Program-made: the position numbers and the translations under genes
DNA from: Raillietiella orientalis
Taxonomy: Eukaryota
NCBI GenBank assembly: GCA_036172245.1
Contig: JAYWIR010000011.1
Location: forward strand, 3,286,001-3,350,000
DNA: 64,000 nt
Direction of reading: 5' to 3'
In this document: piece after piece, positions 50,188 to 63,922 of the stretch
Numbering within the stretch: the first letter of the stretch is position 1
Layout: the number at the start of each line of letters is the position of its first letter
Notes under the pieces: generated by a model
The model's input: only the letters and a program-made list of their open reading frames with translations
Databases searched by the model: none
What the model was told of the DNA's origin: nothing

Positions 50188-50238
50188 GAGAATGATCGAT
50201 AGTAATGACCATCGAGAATGATCGATAGTAATGACCAT
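50188..50238. repeat. 26-bp tandem duplication
   Basis: gagaatgatcgatagtaatgaccat(c) x2. Confidence 0.9.
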
Positions 50239-50554
50239 GATAAATGATTCCATAGAGAAACAACGATTTCGTGATTTAGCAAGAATAAGCGGTTATTCCG
50301 CAACACTTCAGCGGTCATGGGTAGCTTGGAATTTGATAGGTGTCCTGTTTGATGCTGCCTGAACGCTGAAGCTCTTTGATCCAACAGCCATTCGATGAGT
50401 GCCTGCACAACCTGTGTGCTCAGGACGCGTGAAAGATTTCTCGCATGCCGCACTTACGTAATCACACGAATGGTGTGCTCTTAGATTGACTTAGAAAGGG
50501 CCCACGAAAGCCTGCAGAAACAAACACAGCACCCACGACATGCTGCACCGCTTA

Positions 50555-50850
50555 TTATCCACCAACTCTCTGCGGTAACTCCACAAAGTTATGCGATTTA
50601 TGTTGTTCCCGATGGGCGGAGAGAACCACTACTGGAGAGGACGAACACCGTCTCGGAAAAACATTACATAACCTCTTTAGCCGGATGCCCGAAAGTGTAT
50701 GTATACTGAAGGAGGCATGCAAACAGATTGGAACGCACAACTCGTTATTCATGCTGCCGGCAGAAGTGACAGCGGTGGAAAGTATGATGGAAAAATAGCA
50801 GGACCACCAAACAGGTGCTTTCGGCAGAACTTTGAGAAGACCTTTCAGAG
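50555..50850 (-). mobile_element. degenerate hAT transposase C-terminal dimerisation-domain remnant
   Basis: SIILSTAVTSA ... LKRL.......S...VVLSAHRE (cf. ILLT.PVTSA..ERSFS.LKRIK..LRS.M...RL..LA.LSIHRE). Confidence 0.4.
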
Positions 50851-51363
50851 GCACCGATCGCGCGCCATGCTGAACCGACGAACTTCTCGTCTGCAGGAGT
50901 GACGTGACGTACGGCATGAATGGTGCATTCGGCGGTGCCGCCAACGCTGTCGTTAGACACACACGAATTAGTTCGGAGGTTGCTGTGCACGTCTGCAGCA
51001 ACCACCGCCACCGTCTTGACACTCTCTCCGCATGCCGTGCCTCGTGTTCGTGTTTCGATCTACCCGCCGGCCTCCCGTTTCCAACTGATTTCACGCAATC
51101 TCCGATAAGTGCGTTTCTCTGCAAGTCTTCCCCGGTTCCCGAGCTTTCCTGGGCACTCCACCTGATTGCTTTCGTATCAAGTTTTCTGCGCAAATATGCT
51201 GTGAAAATCCACGTCGCGTTCCTCGTACGGTCGGAAGTGGCGCGTCGGTCTTGACGTAATATCTGGGCTGAGGAATTTTAATCAGCTCCGTAACTGTGAT
51301 TCATCTGCATCTTTAGGATCGTACTTTGCTTGTTTGCTTTCATTTTCAAGCTGCATCACGACG

Positions 51364-51386
51364 AACAACAACAACAACAACAACAA
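51364..51386. repeat. (AAC)n microsatellite
   Basis: Trinucleotide run. Confidence 0.9.
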
Positions 51387-54300
51387 GAAAAGAAGGAAAA
51401 GAGGAGAGAAGGAAGCGAACTCGTGGCTTTTCCGTAAATGCCGTACACTTCGGAGATTGCGTTTCGGGTGCACGAGAGGAAACGAGTTTCAGGAGATGCC
51501 GGCGACGACGTTTCGTGTGTGGCCAGTTATGAGGGTGCACCAAAGCCCCCAAAGCCCCAAGCTGGTTTGCCTCGCGCGAAGCCTCCCTCCGAAGGATTCC
51601 TCTTGGCTCATGGTTCACCGAATTGAATCCACCGACTGAACTGGCTGGACCGCTCTTGCCACAGCTCCATGGCAACAACAGTGGCCGTGCCGCGACGGCG
51701 GTCTCACGATAAGCATAAACTGAAACGCAGCGGTGGCAAAACCACGGATGTAAGCACCAACAACCGACTTTGATTTTTTTTTTTTCCTTGGAAGAATCAC
51801 ACAGATCATGCCTAAATTTTCTTTTGACCTCGAGCTTCAAGCCGTTTTTTCCTTTTTGTTTTTTTCTTGGGTCCTAAGCCTTTTCTCTATATTATTGTAT
51901 TTTTATTATACGAAGCATGAAAGTGACGAGTTTCCTCGAGTGCGGAAAAGGGAGGGGAAGGGAGGCGGGGGGGGGGGGGATTGGGATTCATGCCCCAAAT
52001 GTTACGTTCGAAATTTTCCCGACAGATGGACACAACCGCATCGCACCACAGCTCAGAGAAACAAACGGTCCTCTCAACAAGCAGTCCCCACGTTAGCGAA
52101 AACAAATCTTGAACGACAGTGGTAACATTTGAAAAAGAAAAAAAAATCTTCAGTGGGCTCCAGTTCTTTTGAAAATCCTGACGCTCCTCGGAGAACTTTA
52201 TTTACTTTCTGAACATACGAGAGCTATGGCAGACTACACAAGGGAAGGGAAGAAGAGAACCAACAAAAAAAAAAAAAAGAAACCAATGAAAAAAAGAAGA
52301 AGAAGAAAAAAACCCTCTGCAGCTTAACAATAAAATGTTGCAAGCGTGAGATTAAGCAAGCGCAGCAAAATTACTCTGGAGAAGATTACGGCGGCGGTGG
52401 GCGCCTGCATTTGCGCTTATGCCGAGAAACCTTGGTTGCTCTTGCGTTAGGTTACTAACACTGGGCGACAGAGTCAGGCTAAGGAACTTCAGCAGAACCT
52501 CATGCCGCGTTGAAGCAATGCACTTTGGGCGTCACGTCAAAAAAACAGTAAGACCTCTCTCAGCAGAAGAGGAGAGAAGGGGGGAGGGGGAAGCAATTAC
52601 GTGTTTCTGGTTCCTGAATCCATTGATCGCGTGGAAGCGTGCCACCTGCGCGGAAGAAGAAGCATGCAGAAAATTTCCTTTGGCGATTAGCAGACTAAAA
52701 CGATACAGTTACCCACAAGACAAAAAGTCACCTGTAGCTCCTTATTTTCACTCGTCTCGTTCTGCTTCTAATGCTGGCGACTTATTACCTTTGCTCCTTT
52801 GAGTCGAAATAAACAGACAGGGGAGAGAGCGGGAGAGTAAACAAGTTTTTCTGCAGAACTCGTTTGAAAGGCTGGTACGAGTTTGCTTCTGGGAACGTGA
52901 AATTCGCATTCGAAATTACAACGAACGTGTTTGAAAGCGAAAGTATAGCACGGGAATCGCTTGGTAAGCCTGAGACCAAGCCTACGACCGGGCCTACTCA
53001 CACATTCGTCCTGACAACTCACGACTGCGACGTAGTGTCTGCAAGTCTATTCAGGAACTTGGGATTCTATTTGACTGTTGTTGACTTTACCGTACCTGGT
53101 AACACAATTACGATTTTTCTTTTTATTTTGAACCTACATTTACGTGTACATCTGCATATATCAGTGTCCTTAGGGTATACCTTTTTTTTTTCTTTTTTTT
53201 TTTTCTCGAGCCGAGCGCCTTTTGCACCGAACCGTTATAATGATTGCATGCGGGAAGGCAAGAGATTGGAACAAGCTCCATCCATTTTCTCTGTGCTCGG
53301 CGTTTTCCGCGTCCACTCTGCGTACGCGCACGTTCATCGCCAGGTTTTTTCCCGTTTTCAAAACGTTACTCCATCGGAAACGAAAGCTCCAGGCCGCATA
53401 TTCTGAAGAGAATCGGAGCCGGTACTCAATCTTCCGCGTCCTCACATACGACCCATCGCGTTCATGACACTCCTCATTTCTGGTGACCAAGTCCTCTTGC
53501 GCTTTTGCTACGCCACGAGGAGGAGGGCAGCTTAAGTGTCAGTACAATTTCTGGCCATATCCATCCTCTTGCATGCATCTCCCGCGATGAAAACAGAGTA
53601 AGGTTCGACGGTCAGGGTATCGATGATGCCCTGCATCTATGTGCAAACATCACAACACATTCATCACGTTCAGAGCCCATTAAGTTTCACGAATTCAATT
53701 CCGAATGCTATTATTAGTCACGCCCTGCTTAGCGCGCATGCGTTGCGTAATGATCCCCTGTTTCGTTCCCCTTGTTTGCTGAGATTTCTCCTTTACTCTG
53801 CAGCTCTTTTTTCTTTTAGATATTTCCAATAGAAAATCTTGTACTCGGGTTACACCTCGTTGTTATTGTATGGTATATACACACACGATGAGCAAACAGC
53901 CTCTATCGGGAAAATTCAATTTTACGTCACCGGGGGAGGGCTAAAAGAACGAGAAAAATAAAAGATCAGCAAAAAGAAAAAGGGAACGGACGCGAGGTTA
54001 GTGAGGAGAGATTGACGGAAGTTTCCACCATTTTCCTGCCCCACGGCAGCTCGCCATTGTTGCGAGGTCGGTGCCAGGTGTCACGGAACTGTCCCGACGC
54101 CGAGGGCGAGCTCGTAGGCGAAGTCGCCTAGCGGACGACAGGAACCGAGCAGCACAGGTCGACAGCACCGAGCAGACGACGTCAACGGCGCGGTGCCGGC
54201 AGTCCTTTCCGAATCCCCCTCCCCCTTTCTTTTTTCCCTTTTTTCGAGGAGCACTGGCGATTCCTCCAAAACCGTTCGACCGCGCAGGCATCCGCGACGC

Positions 54301-57300
54301 AAACGTGAAGCCCGGGAGCTGGGAGCGAAGACATGGAAAACGAATGGGATTTCATGAACCTTCCGTCTTCCGCACACACCCACCCTTTGCAGGGTATCCC
54401 CCTACAAACTGGTCTTGCTACGAGCCCTGGGCGGCCCAAGGCTAAGAGGTTTCTGCACCCCCGAGCAACCGGGGCAAGGAGCCAGGCACGCAGGCAAATC
54501 AGGAAGTTCACACCCATGCTCCGGTGTGTTCCGGGACCGCCCCACACGCAGAGGACTTCCTCGTAGTCACCGTCCGATCTCTGGTGAGAGGCTGCTTCGT
54601 GAGATCGGGGAGCTAGTGCAACGGCGCGTCGTCACCGCCGAAAGATCTGAAAAATTTCCCTCCAAGAGCACTCAAGAGTAAAGTAACCCAATCCTCTGCC
54701 TCAAGGCTGTTCCTCCTAGAGGTTTGCTTCTGGAGAGGCTTTTTTGCCGTCCTCTCGACTCTCCCTCCTCCTGAGACCGAAAACAGGACCGCGCACGTTT
54801 CCCACGCCATGCTGTCATCGGGAGAAAGAAACGCGCCGCTGAGAAAACGACGTGCTTTGCGTGTGATGACGAAGAACGGATCTGCTGTTGTTGCCTTCCC
54901 TTACTCTTTTTAAGCAGCAGAAGAAAAAGAAAACTCGCTTTCCCAACCCTCAAAACAACAAGGTATCGTGATTTTAAAAAATAAAGCGGTCTCTTGCCTG
55001 CCAACTATGCAATCCTGAATGTGCGCCCTCTCTTCACTATTCATGAAACCTAATTACGTTACCATCACTCGCAGTGCGATGTCGCTAGGAAACTCAATCT
55101 CGTAGTGTGTCCATGCAGTTGAGCTATCTTTTCACTCTTTCGCTAGCTAATTTTTTAACTTTTTTTCGCTCTTATACCGCCCTGCTGAAGTTCCCGAGCC
55201 CAGTCAAGCCTTTCTGTCAAGGAATTCGAGGAAGGCTCAGTTCTGATCGCAGACTAGTCAAGAATCCAAGAGCTGGTCCGTAAAGACCAAGACGGGAGCC
55301 AGCATCTGCCCAACAAGGAAGAAAAAAAACTAGAAACATGCACATCAGTACGTGGGTGGCTCCGTGAGATTCATGGAAATACTCGACAGCAACCCATACC
55401 GGAAGCCTACAATTTAGAATTCATGAAGAACTCAGGGGACTCATAGCAGAGTGACCAGGCCTCTCCGTTTGCATGACAACAAAAATCAACAATCATGAGC
55501 AGGCCTCCCATTCATCGAAGGCGACACTTCTAGCGTGGGACTTTCCCACGGATGCTGAACGGAAGGTGTCCTCAAAAGTTCTGGACGTGCCCCCTGCCCT
55601 AACCTTCTCCTGAAGAAGTCTGAGCAGAAGCACAACCCAGATTCAGTTTGTTACCCTCGCACTAAACAGCTACAAGACGGAGTTGACTCGACCGATGCGA
55701 ACACGAAGAAAGGAACCGGGATGCACTCTGGATGGTAAGCAGTTAACAAATCTCCCATCCGTGATGCGGGTCGAATGTAGGCAGACGGCTGACAGTGGCC
55801 TTTGCACAGTCCTAATGCTCGATGCTTCTCTTCAGAGAGTGGAGCTGCGCTTAACCCAATAGTGCGGGGAGCTACAGATGCTGAGCGTAGGAAACCTCCT
55901 AAGAAAGACAGCCATCAACTGGCAAACGCACAAGCAGAGGGGTGGTTTCGGAGCTAACAGGGAAAGCATAGTGTCCCGAGTTTGCGCGTCCCTCTGTAGC
56001 GGGTCGCCGCTACATATCGGCCTGCCACAGGCATTACGCAATAAACCGGTCCACATTCGGCTCCTGATCTTAGATCGACTCCCGAAACATCTGAAAGGAC
56101 GTTTAATTGTTGGGAAAAATCGGAGGCTAAGAAACATCCCTCACTCTCACCCCTCAGTCCTCAAAGGCAATCTTACATGGAATTCAGAGTTGTGCTCCTT
56201 GAATATTATGGGATGGAATGAAATCCCACGCTCTAAGAGATCTTAAAACGCTATGCGAGGACGGTACAACCCTTTTGTTTCCTGTTTTATCTACCACGTT
56301 TCGCAGTGAAACATGAGGCCCGTCTGCTGCATGATTGCCTGCCACGGAAACGGCAGATAAGGATAGGATACTTCCTCCATGAGTATCCACTTCTGCGGGT
56401 GATACTAGTTGGAAGCGTCTAGATGTGGTCTGTTCGTGCTTGGGTTATTTGTAAATTGCAGACAAGCTTCGGACTGTTGTTGTCACATATGCATAGAAAA
56501 ACTTGACGGACGCTGTCTTTTCTAACAAAGAGAGCATCACCTGCATGCCATTGCCGAAAAGTGCTTTCTGTAGATTGCAATCGTACGGGTAAATAAAAGC
56601 TCATTCCCTACTATGTAATCCTTTATATTTTTAAACTATTCCTGGCAAATGAAGAGAGATTGAGTGGCGCAATTAGCGGGAAAATGCACCTTCCTGTGCT
56701 CAGTTCATCACATGCAAATCCATAATATCGATTTATGCACTAAAATCCTTCATCATGTTAACTCAAGACCTAATACCGAAATCAAGCATGGATGAGGCAT
56801 ACTGACCCCCCCCTCCCCCCCCCCCCTGCTGCACGTATGTAGTACGTAAAAAGTGACCTGATACACTTTTCTTAAAGGCTGTCTGTCTGTAACGGGCACA
56901 TTTTTAAGATTTCCGCTGACAGAGCTTTCCAAAAGACCCGCGAGACATACCCAGCTGTCACTTCGGAAACCTTAAGCGCATCCGATAATGATGGGTGCGC
57001 CAAAACCGAACATCCCATCGTCTTTAACGACGACGACGCCGATGCGGACCTCTTAATCACGGAGCAGTGAGCCATCCTTCGCAAGGAACGCGCGTTTCCA
57101 ATCCATCTGCTCCTTTCTTCACTTCATCTGATGCCTGGGGTTCTGTTTCTGCGCATAATCAGGTTCAAAAGAGACAAGACCCACAGAAAAGGGACACTCC
57201 CAGAAGATGAAAATGTGCAGAAGAAGTCGAAGATTCGGTGATGTCTGATAACCAGGCATCGCCGCCTTTCGCGAGTATGAAGCGTGGCTAAGCGATTATG

Positions 57301-57449
57301 TGAAAAATTTAGGGACAACATACTCCAGCCTAACAGGGGCGGTATGAAAGGGATACACATGGAACTCGGTGCTTCCGTTCCATTGCAATACTTTGGGCAA
57401 ATTCAGAAGCCAGTTGCCGCGCAAACATCGTTGTCATTTCACTGACTCT

Positions 57450-59780
57450 GGTTTTACCGACTTTACTGTCTGTCCCAGTTGGACGTACAAAGTGCTACGT
57501 GGGATCCTCATCAGAGTTCTCTATCCCTGAGCTTCCCTCACCCCCTTGGCAGGTTGCAACAACGCACGGCTGCCGAAAGCGCATGCTCTTAGCTAGAGAA
57601 AGAACACTCTCTCGCAAAGAGTAGCGGAATCGGTAGATGATATCGGTAGATGGCACGAAGTGAAACCACTGTGGGCGGTGACATCACTCTACTGACAGAA
57701 CAGCCCACATCCGAGTATGACGGCAGTGATGTTGTCTTTCCCAATCATTCCTCTTCCCGCGTGCGCCCGCACCGGTTGCCCACCAATTAAGACCTCCCAG
57801 TTGACAAATCCTTGATCGCGGTGTGAAAAAAGGCAAAAGGTGCATCGCTGATGGCGAGGCTCCAACGTGGAAGTCTGGCTGCTAGTGATCGTAGCGGTTG
57901 GTGGCCTCGTTTCAGCTCCTGGACCGCTTCTTTTGTAGTACTGTAGTGACCACCGAGCCGCGAAATCGGGAGTCTCCAGTCAAGGCACGGAGCTCTGCAA
58001 GACCGGCTGTAGCTCCGCTTTCTAAGCCGGAGCCTGAGAATTTCTGCTTCTCTTTAGCGTTCTCATCACTTGACATCACTTCCAGTCCTTGTGAAAGAGG
58101 CAAAAGTATGCGAAGGGTCTCAGCATTCCTTACACATCCCTTATAGTTTGGTAAATCTGCTCAGTGGGATCTGTTCCCGATCTCTTCAGAGCAGCTTTAG
58201 CAGAGCGAGAAAAAAAAAAGAAGAGCTATTAATTCGTTCGAAAAAGAGCTTCAGATAGCTTCTTTCGTTTGATGAAACAGCAGAGAGAGTTTCTTGTGGG
58301 GTCAGGCGGTGAATTTGGTAGATCTTCAACGATCGGAAACGGCCTCGTTTCCCAGGAATGTGCTCCTGCAATTCCTCTGAGGATGAACCCAATGCGCATG
58401 TGTTTCCCCATGCTTATCCCCCAAGATATGAACTACAAGGATGGTGGCTATGCTCGGGGACGCCGGATTGCTTTTCACGTGCTGAGGGCGCGTCTTGGTC
58501 AAGGCTGGAAGATACGAACGAATGCCGACATTCGTTCAGCACGACTGTCCTCGCCATCCAGTCCACTCCGGCTTCGCCAGTCCGAGAGTTCTCTGAACAC
58601 TTCAGAACTGGGATCGACTTGTTCTCGAGGGCTCACGCCGGCCTTTCGGACACGCGCGGGAACGAAAGACGTCGCCCGCTCGCTCGCTAATTCATTCGAA
58701 CGGCAAGATGGTTTTCCAATCAGTCTCTTCCTGCCTTCTGCCTCCGGCCAATCTCTAACTCGAAGTTGTTCCCCCAATGGGGCGGCCGCAGACGTGCGTC
58801 GCCGTCCAGACTGTTGCTGCGCACTCCTTCCTTTGCACGGACTTCCTGATGATCTCCCACGTCATGTCTACGGTTCTTCGTGATGGTAGAGAAACAGAGC
58901 AAAGGCTGCCGGAACGAGCAAACTGCCGGGAGCTACCAACTCAGCCCGGACCCCCTTCCACGGGTTCGATTGCGTGTTAGCAAGACAAACCTTGGGATAC
59001 ACGCAGAACTGGTTGCTCCCCACCTCTTTCGGAAGCTCCGCGAGCTCGGTACTCGTGCCTCGTTGATGCACTGCTGAGTGTGCTGCTGCCATCTGACACA
59101 CCGGTCGTCGCCATTCCTCCAGGCGCTGCTCCACATGCTCCAAACCATTCCCGGAAGCTTGTCCACTTGACCCTCTGGTTCCTCATGCAAGGAGTGCGGC
59201 ACCAAGGGGTTCATTGAGGCCGGCTTAAAGGTGTCCGACGGAAAAAAAAGAAATCCACGACCACAGACAGTCTCTCCTTCCCTGGGAAGCGTCGTCCAGA
59301 GCCGCTTTTCCTACCGCTTGTTCGGGAATCTGTTTCAGGATTGGACATTTCTCCGAAGGAACAGTGACAAGGGTGAGAGTTCGTGACCTTCCCGGTGGAC
59401 TGCTCCACTCTCCCTTACGAGTGTGAGCGTTGAAAAGAAGGAAGAAGAGGGGAAGCCAAGAGTTCTCGGCGTTGCGTTTTCCTTTAGGTTTCCGCGGGTG
59501 GCGATCGATGTGGACATCTGGCAGCACGAAACGGGAACTTCTCTGAGGAACGAAGAAGGTTCCTCCGGCGCCTTTTCCCTTTCCCTATACTGTGTCGGTA
59601 GCCATCGACGAGATCTCTGGACGGAATCCCCGGTCGGAAGGACAGATAGCAAGGCGTGGAGGAGGGCTTCCGTGTGGCATTCGCGCCAAAGAATGGCAGG
59701 TGCACTGCGGGTCGGCCGGTCGCTCGCGGCAGTAAGACGGAGGAGAGAGACAGAACCATCTTCTAAGTCCTTCCACTATG
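57450..59780 (-). mobile_element. degenerate RLE-type non-LTR retrotransposon (RT plus C-terminal region)
   Basis: KPKGKRNAENSWLPL (cf. PK.G.....NWRPI), AALDDASQGRRDCLWSWIS then LVPHSL (cf. LDDA....L...W.D...AF.SVPH), and AFFHTAIKDL (cf. F.H.AR.NL), in order. Confidence 0.5.
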
Positions 59781-62700
59781 CTCGTCTTACGTAGACTCTC
59801 GGATCACTTCTGTGCCTTCCTCATCCTAATCCCCCTGTACTCGCAGCCGTGGACCTCACCACCAGAAGAGAAAAGAGAAAGGGAGCGTTCGAAGATGCGC
59901 AGATGTTCTAGGAGGCAGAGACGCGAAGGGGCACGCGGAGCTGACCCTCTAAGGACTTCTTCATCCTTTGCGACCTTATCGATAGGACATTCATTTAGAA
60001 ACTGCTAAGGACCGATCGAAAGATTCCAAAGAGCGGACGTTGTGTTGGACTTTTTCCCGCAACCCGCTTGCGGAAAGGTGGACAGAAAAGGTGATGGGTC
60101 AGCGGTTGCTAGAAGATGCAGGAACTCTCCTTTTGCCTAATCTGCGCTTCGGGTCGTGATGGGAGAACGGCCGTCGGTAGCGCCGGCAGCCGCCTCAGGT
60201 TCTGCTTCTGGCCTCGCGTAAGGCATGTTGATTCGAGAAGGTCGACACCAAACCGAAGACATGCCATCCTGATGTTTCTCCTCCCGAAACGCCTCCTGGA
60301 TCTTCCAGAGACCTATTCGTTCCTCTTCTTGCTCCTCCTTTTCCATGTCCTTTTTCTCCTACTTTGAGCACAGAGACATGCGTAGTGGGGGGAGGGGGAA
60401 GTTTCCGTTTCCTCTAGCGATGCGCTTTCCAAACTCATCCATCTCTTCAGGGAGCAGAAGGCAACCGTAGCCCGACCGTAGAGTCGGCCAAAGAGCCACC
60501 GCCACAGCCTGGAAGACCCCATGATCCCGCCCGAGGGTGTAGGTAGGCCCTCGGAAAACGGGGAACGGGGAGGCTGTACCCGGGCGCGTTTCCCGATGCG
60601 CACGCCCTTATTCTCCTCCCCCTACCAACGCGAAGACTCGCCCTAACGAGTGCAGGTGCCCCGAGGCATCTCCCGGGAGGGGGCCGGAGGCTGACACTGC
60701 GGGCCTTCTCGCAGGCGTTCTTCTCCCTCCTGCCCCCTCTCCCTCGGCACCGTATAGAACGCTCATAAGGCGCTGCCGTCGCCCTCTCCATCGTAGGAGG
60801 GTGCGCTGCGAGGTGTCCGCCGCGGACACCCCTCGGGATTCCTCCGTCAAAAGCGACAAGCAGCTTCCCAGCTTGTCGCGAGTTCCCCCATGGACGCTCC
60901 TTCCGCTGAGTTGCGCGGGAAAACGGGAAGGAACATGGGGAGGAGGGAGAACACGCGCGGACGCTGCCACTGCCCCCCTTTCCCGCCTCCCCATCGCCCT
61001 CGGGAGTCCCCGAACATCGCACCACGATTCATCTCTTTACCTCCTCCTGCCCGGATCTTCCGCCGCCTCCGGTGCGCGAGCCCTCGCCTCCACTCATCGC
61101 CCCGTTCGCTGCTTCGGGAGCGGCCCGTCCCGGAGTCCCGATCGCATCGCTTCCTTCTCCGTGGACAGGACCCGGAAGGTTTCGGGAACACTAGGTCGTG
61201 TGGGCCCTTCCCTCTTCCCCTCCCGCCGCTGCCTTTATCGCGTTCCCCCGCTCCCTTCCTTTACCTGGTTTTGTGAACCGAGTCGTCTTGCTTGTAGGGC
61301 GAGCCGTTGTCCCTCCTGCGCTTCTTGATCTGAAAGGAGAGCGGATGCAGATTACTGGAGAACTGCAGAAGGTCGCATGCCCTCCCCCCCCCCCGAATCT
61401 CTGCACCCATCCGACGCGGCTCGGCCGCTGACCTTCAGAAGAAACCCCCCTCGTCTTCGCGTGTCGAGTGGCCTTAGGAGATGTCGCGGGGCGGCAAGGA
61501 GGGAACAAGCTTTAGGCCCGCCTGCTCCTACCTGAACTGGCAGTCAGACCCCCTAGAGGCCTGAGGTGGGAGCTGAGACAGCACCCCCGCATTCCCTTCC
61601 GACTCGGTGAGGGGGGCGGTGGCTTATCGCCCGCTCCCCGTGAAACCCTGCCGGGGGAGGGACCGTCCCCCTTCGGATCATGCTCTCCCATGAGCCTCTC
61701 GCGTCCACTGACCCTGTGCTGCTGGCCTCCTTCCCGGTGTCCTCCGCTCCCTCCAAGACTTGCCTTCGGCAAGGAAGCCCCTCCCTACCCAAGGAAGGGA
61801 GGAAGAGGAAAGAAGGAGTCTGGCGCTTAGGAAGACGAAGGACTGCAGGACGGGTGCTCTTTCCCTCTCAGCGTCAATCGAATGAGCCGCACCCCGTCCG
61901 GCGCCTGTCGGGCGCGCGCGTTCCGAAGGTCCGAGGTCGCTCCATCGTCGACCTTCCCGGTGGTCGTTCGAGCGAACTCCACCCTCGCCTCTCCCGCTAG
62001 GCGAACGAGGCATTGGGGACGAAGTGGGCGAGAGGGCGCCTCTTTCGTTTCTCCCCCGACCTCTTCCCTGCGGTTGCTGAGCCCCTCCCTCTCCAAGCAC
62101 CAGGAGCGGCCCTCTTCCCGGACGCCGCCGTCTACTCATTCCCACCCCCATCCCATCCCATTCCATCCCATCCCCTCCTCCTCCACGTCCGCCGCTCCAG
62201 GAAGACGCGCATCCGAACCCGACCTCATCACGTGGATGGGCGCACGCCCACCTCCATCCCTCCCCGCCCACGACAGACACCGGCAGCCCTCCGCACCGGC
62301 ACCCTCAGCTCCTTCCTTGCCCGGGACGCCTCCCGCAAGCGGGACGTGATGGACTGTCGAGGGGAGGGGCGCCAGAAGCCACTTTCCGCTCCTTATCCAA
62401 ACGCGAAGTTCCTTGGTGAGTCCCATGAAATTAGATAAACGATCCGGTCAAGTGAGCCTTCACCCCGACCCGAGCGCCCTACTACTCTCTGGACCAGACC
62501 CCGGGAGAGCTCAAAATGAAAGGAAGAAACCTGGAGAAAGGGAAAGGGGGAGGGTCAGAGAGGGATCCCTTTACTTCTGTCCTACCTCCCCCTCTTCCCC
62601 CCCCCCCGAGTTCATGGAGAGAAAGGGAGCGGCTTGGGGATGGCTGCGGGGTCACGAAGTAGTAGCCCGAGCACTCCTCCAGAGGGGAAGCCAAGGGAGC

Positions 62701-63120
62701 GTCCCCTTCTGCAGCCCCGCTGGGCGCGACTGGCTGAGCGGCGGCTGCGCACAACGCCGCGGCTCCCGCTCGAGCCTTTCCGAGAGAACCTGGCGGGCTC
62801 GAGGCTCTCCTCTCCTCCTCTTCCCTCCCCGAAATCGGACGCGGCGCGCGAACAAAGGGACCCTTTTCCCCGGCGGGAGGAGATTCCCGGACGCCGGGAA
62901 CCCGCCGGCTCTGATTTGCGAGGGGCAAAGGGGAGCCAGGGAAGGGAAGAGGGGGAATGGAGGCGGCTCGTTGCGCTCGCCTTCCCGCGCCGCCTGCGGC
63001 ACCGCGGCGGCGGCGGCGGCGGCGGCAGTGGCGTCGGGGAGCTCTGGAAAGGGAGGTGGGAGGGGGAGAAGCGAGCGAGCGAGTCGGCTCCGAGCGAGTC
63101 GAAAGGGAAACGCCTGCGTT

Positions 63121-63155
63121 TGGGGTGGGGTGGGGTGGGGTGGGGTGGGGTGGGG
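63121..63155. repeat. (TGGGG)n pentanucleotide repeat, G-quadruplex-prone
   Basis: Seven tgggg units; a shorter related run lies at ~63237-63259. Confidence 0.9.
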
Positions 63156-63922
63156 GAGGGCAGGGAGGAAAACAGAGTTCTCCTCGTGCCCTCATGGAAG
63201 CGGCGTCCCGCCAAAGAGTAGGTGGCGAAGAGGAGGTGGGATGGGGTGGGGTGGGGTGGAGGAGGAGGTGAAGCGCCGCCGCCGCTCGCCCTTGATTGAT
63301 GGGCGTCCGTCCCGTCGTTCACGGCGGGGAGCACGGCGTGGGAACCCGCAGCTGAGACCAAGATGGTTCCACTTAGGGGTGCGCCTCACCCGCTCGTCAG
63401 CTGTGCTCGCGAGCTGGATCCTGGGGTCTTTCGTGGGTCTTCTTCATCATGAACCCCCCGCCCCTCCCCCTTCACATATTCCCTTCCCCCCGCCGCCTCT
63501 GCGGCGGCTAAAAAGCAGGCAAAGCTGCTGCTACTGAGTCTCCTCTTCCGCCCCTCCCGTCCGGAAGGGGAGCCACCAGACCGAGCCAGGGGGCGCACCG
63601 ACTCGGGCAAGGAAAGCTCTGCCCGCGTCAGGTGACCTGGCAAAGGAAAGGACCCTCCGCGGAAGGAGGGGAAACCGGAGCGCGTCCTCCTGGCGATGCG
63701 CCGCCGCCGCCGCCGCCACCTTGCCAGCGCCCGATCTCCCCTGCACACGAAAGGCAAGCCGCTCCCTTTCCGCAGGTGCGCGCGAAAGCCTCCCCAGAAG
63801 GGCGGCAGAAGCAGGAGAGGAGGGCGAGGCTTCCTGTCCGAAGGAGTGCCTCTGGCGCTGCGGAGGAAGCCTGGCACCCTGTTCGCAGATCAAGTCCGGC
63901 CGCGTCAGGGCTCTGAATCCCC

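Noticed and set aside
62413..63537. 374-aa plus-strand ORF and overlapping ORFs
   Set aside because: Translations of G-tracts and GCC repeats are open in several frames; a compositional artefact
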